DNA from: Octopus sinensis
Taxonomy: Eukaryota
Reading direction: 5' to 3'
DNA: 64,000 bases
NCBI RefSeq assembly: GCF_006345805.1
Contig: NC_043003.1
Span: 60,884,001-60,948,000 of the forward strand
Shown: positions 39,930-53,181 of the stretch, piece after piece
How positions within the stretch are numbered: the first letter of the stretch is position 1
Layout of the letters: each line of letters opens with the position of its first letter
The notes under the pieces: generated by a model
Databases searched by the model: none
What the model saw: only the letters and a program-made list of their open reading frames with translations
Told to the model about the DNA's origin: nothing
Translations under genes and position numbers: made by a program

Positions 39930-40018
39930 CTGGCTGTATGGCTTCGATCTGCCCTGGTCCTTGGCATGGCAACTCCGGTACATTATGAATATGTTGAAGT
40001 AAAGGTGAAGTCTGAGTA
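39930..40018 (-). CDS. RIM/Fife-like exon ((S)TQTSPLLQHIHNVPELPCQGPGQIEAIQP)
   Basis: Acceptor cactctctttcag, donor CAG|gtcagt; 89 nt, phase 2-1. 'GPGQI' resembles the RIM 'LGPAQL' segment that precedes C2B. Confidence 0.85.
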
Positions 40019-40169
40019 CTGAAAGAGAGTGAGGTATACAGTTTTAACTTCTTTTCCGCAAGATATGTAAATGCACTATACGAGATGTCATTCACGTATG
40101 ATGGCAATTACTATCCGTTACATCTCAAATATTCAGAAATCTGAGCCTGAGACCCCCTTCGGTCACGAC

Positions 40170-40490
40170 ACTGACCATGGGATTGTACCTAGAATGCTAC
40201 CTTCCCAGGCACAAATCCGAGCAAGGTTGTTTATGGAAGACCAGCAGTCGCCCATGTATACCGGCCTCCCTTCTCCACGCCACCAGTTTTATCCAAGGGA
40301 AAGGCAAAGGCCGATACAGCTTGGCACCTGTGACGTCGCAAATCATTTGTACAGCTGAGTGAACTGGAGCAACGTGAAATAAAGTGTCTTGCTCAAGAAC
40401 ATAACACGCAGCCCGGTCCGGGATTCGAGCTCACAACCTCACGATCGTAACCTCGACGCTCTAACCACTGAGCCATGCGCCTTCACAAAT
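40170..40490 (-). mobile_element. tRNA-derived SINE family C (related copies at about 6655-6870 on - and 50880-51180 on +)
   Basis: A box tggctcagtggttag, B box ..tcgaatcc, then a CORE-like segment gcaagacactttatttcacgttgctccagttcactcagctgt. Confidence 0.75.
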
Positions 40491-40560
40491 ACTTCAGAAA
40501 TACTGACTGGATAATTTGATAATTCTCTAAGCAAACCTTAACAGTTAATTAAAAAATATA

Positions 40561-41082
40561 TACCGTAAATCCTCGAGTATAATCCGCATTTTTTCCCAAG
40601 ATTTAAAGGTCAAAATCACTAGTGCGTATTATACATGAGGTTAAAAAAAAAATTATTTTCTCAGCAATGTTCGAGTCTCTATTTACTGTCCCGCAATATT
40701 TATTCAGACGCATATTGTGATGTCGGGCGCGAAAATACCTTAAGCTAAGCCTGAAAGCAAGAAGTCATAAAAGAATCATCCATAACTTGCAGTAAGCAAC
40801 ATTAATTAAACGTTATTACTGTTATTACTGTTATTTCTTTATTTTCTGCCAACAAAATGCACAAAAAAGCTACACGTTTGCATTATGTTATATGTACAAT
40901 AATAATAAAGGACGTCAGCGTATACATTTTTACAAACCAAAAACGTTATATAGGCCTCCTTGACTCAAGTTAGAGAAGAGGTGCGTATTATACACAAGGT
41001 TTAGGTTTTTCAGAGGTACAGCCCCCTAAAAATCCCCTGCGTATTATACTCAAGGGCGGACTATACTCGAGGATTTACGGTA
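40561..41082. mobile_element. Tc1/mariner (pogo/Tigger-like) MITE
   Basis: TA-CCGTAAATCCTCGAGTATA ... TATACTCGAGGATTTACGG-TA; TA target duplication; internal gcgtattatac repeats. Confidence 0.88.
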
Positions 41083-41819
41083 CCTGGAACTGGTTCTATT
41101 TCACTTCTTTTGATATTATCGCTTTCAAATTTTGGTACAAGGCCACTTTTAGGGGAGGGTGTAAGTCGATTACATCAATCATAGTGTTCAACAGGTAATT
41201 ATTTTATCGATCTCGATTGAACGAAAGGCAAAGTCGATCTCAATGGAATTTGAACACAGACTGCAAAGACAGGCGAAAAGCCGCTAAGCATTTTGTGCGG
41301 CGTGCTAACGATTATACTGTCTCAAAAGGAATGAAACAGCCGGTGCGTGTGTTTATTGCGGGCATAACGCCGTTCCAGAGATACAATATATGTTTCAACA
41401 CACGAGTTCATATCAAGAATCTTTCAAATCAAATGCAAAAGCTAAACTCTTCGGAATAAACTGATAGATCTTTGGAAGGTTGGCATCTTAAACAATGAAC
41501 TTTTGTTCATTTGCTTCTTGATTGAAAAGTTAATGAAAAAGAAAAATATTCATATTTCGGGGAGCCGGCAGTACCAATTCTAATGATGGAGGACACGAAT
41601 AAACAAAGAGAGGATTTATTTAGTAGATGCGAATGTCTTAAGTTTAGAGTTATAGTTGACAGCAAATTTTGAAATCGTAGAATGTGCATATAAATTATAA
41701 TTTTTGGACTTGAGTATATAAAGCTTACATATTGGACTCTAAACCTCTTTTTAAATACACTAGATTTGATCGAGTACGTTATTTTTCATGGAAATGTATG
41801 TTATAGAGTAAATTTATTT

Positions 41820-42720
41820 TTTGTAGTTTCAGCTCATAGCTGTGGCCATGCTGGAGCACCGCTGTTTTGATGAACTGTTATTTTTAAGATCCTCCTCTAA
41901 TATGTGGCATTTTGTGTAGAATGGAGTTTGATGTAGCTGGCTTCATTTGCACCTCTTGCCGTGAGGTAGATTCATCTGGGATTCTCGAGAGGAAGAGGTC
42001 TAGCCTTGATTTAAAAACGCCTACATCTACTTTGTGTTGGCTCTTTGGGAGAATATTAAAGAGCTGTGGGCCCCTGAAACCCAGGCTGTTGAAGTAACTG
42101 ACCCTGAAGCGTGATGGCATTGCTGGGATCTTTGGCACTGTGCAGTGTCGACCCGTTCTGGCATTGGTATAACTTTCAATGCCCACATTTGGCACAATTC
42201 CTTCCAGGATCTTCCAGATATATATTACTGCTTTCCCGCCTTCGCTCCAGGGAGTAGAATCTTAGCTGTTTTAGCCTTTCCCAGTAGCTGAGCAGTTGCA
42301 AAGAGATAATCTTCTTTGTGAAGCTTCGTTGGATTGCTTCAAGGTCCGCGGTTAATTTTACACTGTTGGGTGACTATAGCTGGTAGCAGTGATTCAGGCG
42401 GCTGAGTACAAACGTCCTCCAGAGGATCATCATGGTTTCCTTATCTCTGGTTCTGAATGTTCTCAGGATCCATCCATCCAGTCGTCTGCTCTTTGTCGCC
42501 AACCTGGTGATGTGCACTTGGAAAGAGGTATCATCACTCATGTCGAAAGAGGTATCATCACTCATGTCGAAAGAGGTATCATCACTCATGTCGATTTAGG
42601 CTCTGGGATTGTAATTCCTTGTGGACTAGTGTACTCTTTAAGTTTCATATTCAGTTTTGGACGCTGGTAGCTCAGGGTTTGGAATTTTTCAGCATTAAAC
42701 AGCATATTATTATTACTAGT
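41820..42720 (-). mobile_element. CR1-group LINE 3' fragment with intact tail; contains a 21-bp x3 tandem repeat at about 42528-42592
   Basis: 'FNAEKFQTL', 'GWILRTFRTRDKETMMILWRTFVLSRL', 'SLGFRGPQLFNILP...FKSRLDLFLSRIPDE'; tail gcggtgctccagcatggccacagctatgagctgaaac. Confidence 0.85.
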
Positions 42721-44819
42721 TTGTTTTTTTAAACACACTAGATTTGATGGAGTACGTTACTTTTCATGGAAATGTATATGCTATAGACTAAGGTTGTGCA
42801 TATAAATTTTAAATTTTGTACTTGAGTATAGAAAGCTTAAGTATTGTACTCTAAACCTTTCTTTTTAAACACGCTAGATTTGAACGAGTACGTTATTTTT
42901 CATGGAAATGTACATGTCATAGACTAGTGTCAAGCTTCATGTAGTGAAAGACATATATTCATTTTAAGAAAATTCAGTTAAACTCCACTTGTAGCGATAT
43001 AGGTGAATAGTGAACATTTTTCAGTAAAAAGCACTCGCTTTATAAGTTGCCAAACAAAATTCAAAAGTGGAAATATCTTATAAAACAGCTGATATTTGAA
43101 CAAGTGTGTACATAACGCACAATGATTTATGAAGATATTATCAAATGACTTAGTGAAGTATTATTTAGTTTCTCAACATCGTTGTTTGTCATATTTGACA
43201 CCACTACTATAGTGCAGGTGTGAGCAAGAGATAAATGGTGTAAAACATTTTCTTAGCTTTTATAAATATAGAAATAAACGCTAAAATAACCAAATTAAAT
43301 ATTCATAAAATTCCTTAACATTTCAAACATTTCTTTCAGCTTTGATCTGATTCTTATGCAGAGTGCCCCTGTGATCTGTAATATTTAGTGTTTACGCTTT
43401 ATTTTTACTTTTATTAATTCTTTTTAACTTGGGGAAGGGGTAAGTTGATTGCATCAACCCAAACACAAAACTGGTATTTATTTTAACTAGCTCCGAAAGT
43501 ATAAAAGGCAAAGTCAATCTCATCGGTATTTGAGCTCCAAATGTAAAGACCCAGAGGAATTGCCATTAAGTATTTTGTTCGGTAATGATTTGGATAGTTC
43601 GACGTTCTAATTTTATCGTCTCTTTGCAACTGCGGCCAGGCTGGAAAACAATCTTGAAAAGTTTCGTCGAACAAATCGATCTCTACTTATTTTCTAAATT
43701 TCGTACTCATTCTGTCGATATCTTTTGCTGAACCGCTATGCTACGGGACATAAACAAGGCAACGTCAATTTTCAAGAGATCGAGCTGGTGGGGTAAACAC
43801 AAAGACACTCACACACATATACGCATGATGAGCTTCCACACAGTTTCCGCCTACCAAATTCACTCACAATGCTTTTACATCAAATTTTTAATTAACTTGA
43901 AGACAAAGAACTAATTGTTTTAATAATTAAAGGAAGCTTTTGGCAGAGGTTTGAAAGCAGCTCTTATTTTTAACTATCATTATACTTTATTTCATTGTAA
44001 GATATTTAAACAATTCACAAAGAAAAAAGAAGAATCTACGTACATAAAATTTTACATAAGTTTGATTTAATTTTATATTAACGTCATATTCAAATCCCAA
44101 ATTCCCATAAAATTTCGAGTCGTCTGAATAGCTGCTAAATGTTTCTACATCATTTCGGTAACTCTATAAAATTATTCAATTTGAATATATATATTTGTCT
44201 CCTGATAAAATTCTCATGAGTAATTTTGAATATCAAAGCGGAAAACTAATTTCAAATGTGTCTAAGTTCTTGTTTATTATGTTCCACCTCTTACTACTAT
44301 CCAAATTCTATCACCCAATGACTTACTCCTATCTTATTCTTCACATTTCTCTCTCTCTCTCTCTCTTTCTCTCACTACTCAATCTATCTATTCGGTATGA
44401 AAAGATAACATCACTGGCTGATGAAAGGTAATATCCGAATCCTTATACTTTCCCTTTTTTCTATGATGAGCCAGTTTATTCATTTCTGAACTATTGAACT
44501 CACCAATCACTGACGAAGGTCAGCATTAGTTTCTTCGGATACTATGTTTCTTAACGAAGTAGTTGATTCTACTGTGTCCCTCCTATTTACATCAGTCACT
44601 TCTCTTCGTAAAATATAATGCCCATACATCAAACATTTTCGAACCCCGTACTGCAAGTCACTTGTGCGTCACCTATATCTTGCTTGTGTATCACGAAAGT
44701 TTGAAGTAAGTCAATGTTTTTAATGTACCATCTCCTCGCATGTGTATTCTTTTGCTGTAAGTGCAACGAGTGCACTCACCTATGCTTTAAAAGCATTTCA
44801 ATAATTCTTTTAATTCTTA

Positions 44820-44840
44820 TCTGTATATATAAAAGGCAGG

Positions 44841-44891
<51 letters not shown>

Positions 44892-45433
44892 GTGTGTGTG
44901 TGTGTGTGTGTGTGTGTACGTGAATGTAATTTATGCACGTCCACAAATTAGCACGCATGTCGCTCCAATTTTAGGAGGACATTCGTCATGATCATGGCTG
45001 TATTTTCGTCAACTTATTTTTACCAGAGGCACCAGCGAATAGCAGTAAAAATAAATTTTCAACCAAAAATTTTAACAATTTTCAAGTCGGAGAAATCACC
45101 ATTGTTTGCAAACCGGAGTTAAGCCCTCTTTTAGCGACGAGTAAGGTTTTTGTTAAGACTTTTGTTGTTGTTTTCCATGGAGGAAAACAGTGTTTTATTG
45201 ATATATGGGCAACACACACACACACGAACATGTATGCGTACAAAAACATGTATGCAATAGGTGTACGTACGTACGTGTGTGTGTTGGCCATATATATATA
45301 TATATATATAAACCAATTTCAACGGATTTCGCCCAAATTTGACGTCAAGGTTACTTAGTTTGGTTTGAAATAAAGAACTTGATTAGCTTAATAATCCAAA
45401 TTTAATCCCGGAAAAGCCGGGTTATACTGCTAG
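44820..45433 (+). mobile_element. Non-autonomous Helitron carrying (TG)n
   Basis: 5' A|TCTGTATATATAAAAGGC; 3' hairpin CCCGG-AAAA-GCCGGG, 8 nt, then CTAG|T; inserted at A^T with no TSD. Confidence 0.8.
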
Positions 45434-45709
45434 TTACTTTTAAAGCGCTTATTGTGTGTCGAAAACTTTTAGAGCCTTTTTCAGTCAACTGTACATCGAA
45501 TTGAAAACTATTTCTCAAGTTATATTTGGAGCATTTTGAAAGTTGTCATGGAGCTGGTTACAATACGGAGACGATGATGGGTTAGGGACTTCTATTAGCT
45601 CAGCTGCAGCAACACAAGCTGAATTTACAAAATATCTGAAAAAGAAATTCTGTTTATAGAAAATAGAAAATATTTCACATAGAGATTGAAGCTGAGAAGT
45701 GTTAGTTAC

Positions 45710-45800
45710 CTTCTAAGTAATTCAGCTGATGTGGTATCTGCATGAAGACTCGTAATACTAGTTGCCTGCGACAGAGGTGTAGCAAGATCACCTAACTGCG
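45710..45800 (-). CDS. RIM/Fife-like linker exon (QLGDLATPLSQATSITSLHADTTSAELLR)
   Basis: Acceptor tatctatcttcattacag, donor AAG|gtaact; 91 nt, phase 1-2, matches the phase of the 40018 exon; S/T-rich. Confidence 0.75.
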
Positions 45801-46934
45801 CTGTAATGAAGATAGATAAACAGCTTTCATTGTAATCGCCTCTTGATATTGATATACATGTACACATATATATATTTAAAAATATCCCGAACAAAGATTA
45901 GCGTAAGTGCGTCATTAGCTCATTTCCAAATAAGAGAGGACGGAACTAGACGAATTGAGATTTATGATGAACTGTAGTGAGATTTGTAAAGAAAGCAGTA
46001 AGCTCTCAGAAAAGTGAATCGTAAAAGTGGTTTCGTTCTCCAGTAAAAAATGAATTATATCCTTACCCTTACGAAATATATATCAATAAGAATTAGCAAG
46101 ACCGTTACAGCAACCCTTAATATATTTCGCTGATTTTTAAACACTGCTCTACGTACCACGTGTATGAGGAGATAGATAATTGACTATATCAACAACGCTG
46201 CTTCTCTGGTACTTTTTTTTAATCGACCACAGATGTAAGAAAGGCAAATTTGACCTTGATGTTATCCGAAACGAAAATGCAGAGAGATACAACTGAATAC
46301 CGTACGATAAAATATAGTCCACCGCTCCACCATGTCTACCAATCCACCGTCCTTAATTATATTACGATTCTGAAATCTATGTATTGGATTTATACATTTC
46401 TATAATGTATAATATAATTTTTCATTATGTTATATTATATCATATTATATTATATTGAGTTATATTAATATAATTCTATAATTTATAGGATGTTTCTGAT
46501 AGGTAAAAAAGCCAATAATAATTTATTCCTTCATAGCATCTGACCAATTTTCGCCTGAAGATGATATGAGTAATCAATATACCAATATTTAGTGTGAATA
46601 TTACAGGACACCGTAGATTAAGAGACAATCACGTTAAGATAGCAACATAGTTTCGATTCCTGGTTGACTCCAGTTTAATTAAACTCATTTTCCTTAATTT
46701 TAAGCAATGAAAGTGTACTGCTCTCCAGTCCTTCATATAGGTTACTACATATAAGGCACTGAGATCATATTGAGGCACCGAAGCGATGGTGCTAAAATAT
46801 CAAACAGACAACATAAACCTAAACGTGTAAAATCTGTCAGATGTTATCATTGTCCAACAAATCCAACAGAATATTTAAATCTGATTATAAGATGCTGGCT
46901 GGTTACCTTATTTGTTCTCCTTATGTGTATTTAC

Positions 46935-46972
<38 letters not shown>

Positions 46973-47109
46973 TGCAGACATACAGACAAGAAGGTAAAAT
47001 AGCCAACCTTTCTGCTATTTCACATTTATACAGCGTTCGAAATATTACTTTCTTGTCTACGATACTCATTCGACGCTTCCAAAGGTAAAAGTTTGTTTAC
47101 ATCTGTTGT

Positions 47110-47165
<56 letters not shown>

Positions 47166-47276
47166 AAAGGTAATCTCAATATCCAACTAATCATAGATGC
47201 CTTGTTAGAACACCGACTTCTGCGTTATTAGACTCTAGAGATGCTCTCATACAGGCGCTTGGTGCAAAAAGCATAC

Positions 47277-47405
47277 ACATAGATCGTAGCAGAAGACGAC
47301 ATTCATCTGTCGTAGGCGTCTGAATTCCCACATCACGTGATTTAGTCCTATTGGAACTCATCACTGGGAACCACCGGGTGACCGCATGCCAGTCAAATCT
47401 CGTTG
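47277..47405 (-). CDS. Candidate cassette exon of the RIM/Fife-like gene (TRFDWHAVTRWFPVMSSNRTKSRDVGIQTPTTDECRLLLRSM)
   Basis: Acceptor tatatatcatag; best donor T|gtatgc is weak. 129 nt, phase 1-1, open frame, higher GC than the flanks. The 3' boundary is uncertain. Confidence 0.5.
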
Positions 47406-48068
47406 CTATGATATATAGAATTTCAACTTCTTCTCAGATGCTGATGCTGCAAATAGCCAGCAGGCTTCTTAAAAACTAATTCTTAGCGACGGAAGCTAAT
47501 AATTTATGTGTGTTTCATGGTATCCAATTTAGATTTGTTAGGAAAATCAGGTTCGCCTCAGTATTTCCTATTCACTCAACTCCTCGAAGTCTACCTTGAT
47601 TAAAAAGAACATCGTTTTATATTCCAAGTATAGTTTTTTAATAAGATCTCTGCTCATCGAAGATCGAGCCCGTTAATCATATTCCTTTGTACAGCTATTT
47701 ACATTCAACGGAAAAGAATTCAAATATCTCGTAAACAACTAAAAACAGAATCTGTAATTTATACAAAGGAACATCGTTGATTCTGGGTCGTTTCTTATCA
47801 AACAGGGATATCATAAAAACGTTCCGTTCTATTTTTTAGACAATAAATCAGTTTCTCATTATTATACGTGCTATTCTATTTTGAAGATAATGATTTTGCT
47901 AGTTCAATTAAATTGAGTGACTCGTTGGAACGACATTCTTATAATAATTAACGTTAATTTAGCTATAACGATTTTGTGTTAACATAAATGAGTCCGCGTT
48001 GATTTAACAGCGAAGCTAACATCAGTTATGTCAGTTGTAGCAGATTGTTGACTATAATGCATACTTAC

Positions 48069-48197
48069 GTGCACTGCCTCTGTTCTGCAACGAAGATGGC
48101 AGCAAATAGTCTTTAATGTCCAAGGTGTGAACGTTGCCAGCACTAACACTGCGGTTGACCGGCTGGGAGAAATCCTCTACTATTAAGGTATGTAAAT
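48069..48197 (-). CDS. RIM/Fife-like linker exon ((D)LHTLIVEDFSQPVNRSVSAGNVHTLDIKDYLLPSSLQNRGSA)
   Basis: Acceptor ataattgcag, consensus donor CAC|gtaagt; 129 nt, phase 1-1, open frame. Confidence 0.78.
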
Positions 48198-50149
48198 CTG
48201 CAATTATTCATAGTTGAATCACTTTCATGCATGTTTACGTTACATTAAGAAAATCAGTCATCCATAACCTGCGATGATCGGAGGTGCAGCTCCTTCCTCA
48301 AGACAAAAGAAACAAGCTAACCGAAAATTTTCAATCTGATCAAATTTTATTAGACACACTTAGTGAAAATAATATCTTTTCTCTGATACCTTTGTATACC
48401 GATAGATGTCAACGTCTCAAATACATTTCTTTAACAGCTTAAACATGTATGGAAATGGTTAAAAAAATTTCTTTACTATGAAATTTATTTTATGCCCTCT
48501 CTAATTTATCATCTTCTCTCTTCCCGTCTTTCTATATTTACCCAACCTAGAATCCTCGATACATACATAACACTTATTTCCACGTCTTATGCGTTTACCA
48601 CTGTATTTTTCACTACAAATGGATAGCAATCCAGTATTTAGGTTTCCATATAATCACGTGTCCCAAGTCTTCCAAATTAATTGTTAAATTAATTTTCAAA
48701 GTTAATTTTCAAAATGCTTTTTTACCCTACGAACATCGACCAGACAAGGGGATCAACTACGGTGAACTCAAACAATTAAGAGGACACCTAATGACTTCCA
48801 TGTTCTTTTTGAGACCAACAAATTATAATATATATCGCAGATGATCTGCAGGCATACACAACTAAATTCTTTCAATACATAATTCTCTAAGAGATACTTT
48901 GTGGTAAAACTCACAGCGTTCTTTCTTTCAATCAATGAAGCGCTTCCGTTCTAAGATTGGGAATATTATTGTACACAAAGCAGCAACGATTTAAATTTAG
49001 CGCTGTATACAAAAAAAAAACATACGAAAACGCCACTCAATGCTATCAAGTATATTAAACTTCGTCGTGTGCTTGGATTTTAAAAGATAAAACGTCTTCA
49101 CATGCACACAATGACAGGATATGATACGTCAAACCTATGATTTGAACCTCTATCAAATGCAACAAATACAACACACTATATTTTCCGTTGTTTCATAAAT
49201 AATATTAATTCAAGACGATTTTCCAAAGAAAGTATATTTCTTTAGATGAGAAACTTTTAATTATAAATATAATAGTTTCTTTCGGAAACGAGATAAAAAT
49301 TCTTATTTCTATACTTCATTTCACACAAACTTCTAATGTTTATTCACATCGCTGATAATAGTTACCAGGGGCCATGCATGCATGCAAATACAACAACCTC
49401 AATGTTCCTGTATGTTTAGTAAATGACTGTGTTAATGTGAGATCACATAATATTCTGTTCATGTAAAATAATGCTAAAGGCTTTGAATAATATATGAAAG
49501 AAGACGTATTACTAACAATTAAATTAGGTTTGACACTGGTGGAAATGAAAATGTAGCAAAGAGTTTTCACGCAATGAATCACATGTATTGCTTTAAAGTA
49601 TTAGTCTACAGTAAAACTAGTATAGCCGAAAATTTCATTAAAACTTCGACATCAAAGATATAAAAAAAAAAATGGAGGTTTGACATCTGACTGTTGCGCC
49701 AGACGTCTGGAAGAGACAGAATTGTTTCGTAGAGCAGAATATATTAACTCGTAAATCAATAAATGATACCATATAAATGTACAACTAAAACAATGGGAAT
49801 GTATTGAAAATATAAGAAAAGAAGCCAAACATCAGAATACAAATTGAAGAGTCAGCAGTAAATAAATCAGATACAAAAATGAAAGAAATTAACAGCAAAA
49901 TACGTAATTCTTTTTTATTTCATGTCATTTTCTGAAATATACAACAATATATCTTACAAAAAAAAAAAAACACAACAGAAATTGTAGGTTTCTCACAAGG
50001 TACAGTACCAGTGTTTATTTGGAAAGCTCCACGTGGCTCGAGAAGGAACACACACACACACACACATGGATGTGTGTGTTCATGTGTGTCTTAGTCCAAA
50101 ATGTATAAACATTAATAAGAATTCCATTTGCAAAAGTATTTCTTAATGA

Positions 50150-50840
50150 TGCAGCACGTCATTCTTTTCTACTCCAGGCCCAAAATTTTGGGGGAGGGGT
50201 CCGGTCGATTTGATCGACCCCCAGTGCGTAATTGGTACTTAATTTATCGACCCCGAAAGGATGAAAGGGAAAGTCGACCTCGGTGGAATTTAGACTCAGA
50301 ACGTAACGGCAGACGAAAAACCGCTAAGCATTTCGCCTGGCGTGCTAAAGTTTCTTCTTTCTTTACTGCCCACACGTGGTTAAACATAGAAGGGATAAAC
50401 AAGGACAGACAAACGGATTAAGTCGATTATATCGACCCCAGTGCGTAACTGGTACTTAATTTATCGACCCCGAAAGGATGAAAGGCACGGTCGACCTAGG
50501 CAGAATTTGAACTCAGAACATAAAGACGGACGAAATACCTATTTCTTTACTACCCACAAGGAGCTAAACACAGAGAGGACAAACAAGGACAGACAAACGG
50601 ATTAAGTCGATTATATCGACGCCAGTGCGTAACTGGTACTTAATTTATCGACCCCGAAAGGATGAAAGGCAAAGTTGACCACGGCGGAATTTGAGCTCAG
50701 AACGTAGCGGCAGACGAAATACGTTTAAGCATTTTGCCCGGCGTGCTAACGTTTCTGCCAGCTTGCCGCCGTAAAGCGGATAAAATACCGCTAAGCATTT
50801 CGCTCGGCATACTAACGTTTCTGCCAGCTTACCGCCTCTG
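50150..50840 (-). mobile_element. SINE family A array (3 units plus extra heads)
   Basis: Same core and same inter-unit junctions as at 2.7-3.3 kb. Confidence 0.9.
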
Positions 50841-51314
50841 CAGCGTGTCATTATTTACACAGGCTTATACTTTCTGAGGGAGGTACATGGCCTAGTGTTT
50901 AAAGCAGCAGACTCGCGGTCGAGGAATCGCGGGTTCGAATCTCAGACCGGGCGATGTGTGTTTATCAAAGAAACACCTAAGCTCCACGTGGCTCCGTCAG
51001 AAGGTAATGGCGAACTTCTGCTGATTCTTTCACCACAATTTCTCTCACTCTTTTCTTCCTGTATCTTGCAGCTCACCTGCGACAGACGGGTGTCCCATCC
51101 AGGTGCGGAACCTATACGCCAAGGAAACCGGGAAACCGGGTCTTATGAACCAGGCGTGGCTCGAGAAGGAACAAACAATACTTTCTGAGGGCAGAGAGAG
51201 AGCGGGGGATAGAGATCAACATTTGAACAATTGGAAACATGAAATTCATAGTTGTGTATAACAATAAACAGGAGATAGTCAGAGGGAAGTAGTTCAAAAA
51301 ATGATTACTGCCTT

Positions 51315-51415
<101 letters not shown>

Positions 51416-51439
51416 CGTGTGTGTGTGTGTGTAATTTAC

Positions 51440-52800
51440 AAGCATTTAGTGTATCACTGCACGCGTTTCCACAAATCATACGTCTCTTAAGATCATAGAC
51501 TTTATTCCTGGGATGATTACAGCGTAGCCAAAGTACTGTGGGCATCGGACAGATCATCATCATGGATTTATTTCTTCAGTCAATCTAACATTAGTGGATG
51601 TTTAACTGAGGGTACCCTATCTCTTTTCACAAGTGAGAAGGTTGATTGAGCAATGTGTGTATTTATATGTGTATTTGGTGGAGAGGATGGGAAGGTGATG
51701 GAAAGAGAGGAACGATTGGTATTTATATAGGGGTGGAGGTATGTGTGTGGTGATGTTAGACTTCTTTTGCTATTCATTTTGTAGATGTCACGGATGGCAT
51801 GTTACTTTAGTACACTCCTTTGTTCTATCTCATTTAATGAATTCTGATGTTAACAGGTTAGTAGGTACAGCCATTACTGCCATCATCTTTTAGGGTTTAT
51901 TGTCTGAAGCGATGAATGACACTTTCCTAGGGTGACCTTTGCATTGTTTCTGTTAGTGTAGTGTATAACATCCGAAATATTAGGTTGTTTGTTTATTTGT
52001 TTGTGTTCCTTCCTTGCTCTATAACATGCTAAGGGCGGTTGATGTTATTCTGTTTCAAAATTCGTTTCTAGAATTTGAAAAAAATCATTTTGAAACAGAA
52101 TAGCATCAACCGCCCTTAGCATATTATAGAATAAGAAAGGGACGCACACAAATAAACATACGAACCAATATTTAGGATGCTATACACTACACCAACAGAA
52201 ACAAAGAAAAGGTCACCCTAGGAAAGTATCATTCATCAATTCAGACATTAACTCCAACAGCCGATAACTGTAGTAGATGTACCGGATGACCTGTTTACTT
52301 CAGAATTCATTGAAGTTAACAATTGCAGCGTGGAAGGTGTTTATAAGCCATTTATGAAACACACAAAACCGTTAGATTCACTTCAACATTTAAATTTAAT
52401 TTGTCAAAATATTTTCGTCGCTTTGAGACCACGACCTGTTCAGTCATGCTTTAAATGAAATTGAAGAAAGGATTTTGCTAAAGTAACGTGACGTTCGTGA
52501 CATCTACAAACTGAATAGCAAAAAAGTCTAACATCAACACACACACCTTCCCATCCTCCCCACCAAACACACGCAGAAATAATACCCACATACCTCAATC
52601 AACCTTCGCACTGGTCCAAAGAGATAAACATCCCTCTGTTAAACGTTCATTAATGTTAAATCGCTTGAAGAAATGAATTCATGAAGAGGATCAACCAGAT
52701 GCCCATGGATACTACGGACTACATTGTAGTCATCCCAGGAATACAGACTGTGATCTTAAGAGACAAGTAATATGTGGAAATCCCTTGTAGCGATGCATTA
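51440..52800. repeat. Diverged long inverted repeat (arms about 51440-52061 and 52088-52800) inside an intron of the RIM-like gene
   Basis: Inner 35 bp nearly perfect (atgctaagggcggttgatgttattctgtttcaaaat / attttgaaacagaatagcatcaaccgcccttagcat); outer arms visibly diverged; the right arm has an extra insertion of about 150-190 bp. Confidence 0.85.
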
Positions 52801-53099
52801 CATGTTTATAAATTCCATCCAAAGATTATTGTTATTATTATTATATTTATCCTACATTATATCGGTACAATTTAATGCAATCCCCTAAAACTGATTCACC
52901 AGTCAGCATCATTAGACTGTGGCCGGCATAATAGAAGAAGAGTTTTATTTGCATATTCAAAACGTTTCCAGTAAACTAAATTTAAAGGATATATACATTT
53001 TAATGATTATAAGTGTATCTATGTATTTCTGTCAAGTTTTTGTTCTTTGTATATACAATATTTATATGAATATATATATATATATATGCAATATATGCA

Positions 53100-53177
<78 letters not shown>

Positions 53178-53181
<4 letters not shown>

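Noticed and set aside
40400-40490. tRNA-like sequence (also at about 50885-50950)
   Set aside because: Continues into a SINE body and tail; no complete cloverleaf supported.
48260-49410. Small phase-compatible exon candidates (about 48264-48291, 48913-48948 and 49365-49406)
   Set aside because: Too short to distinguish from chance; 54690 joins 48197 in frame without them.
52898-52973. Minus-strand '..QIKLFFYYAGHSLMMLT' resembling the start of RIM C2A
   Set aside because: It lies between linker exons downstream of where C2A should be, its phase (0-1) does not fit, and no other C2A exons were found; probably chance.
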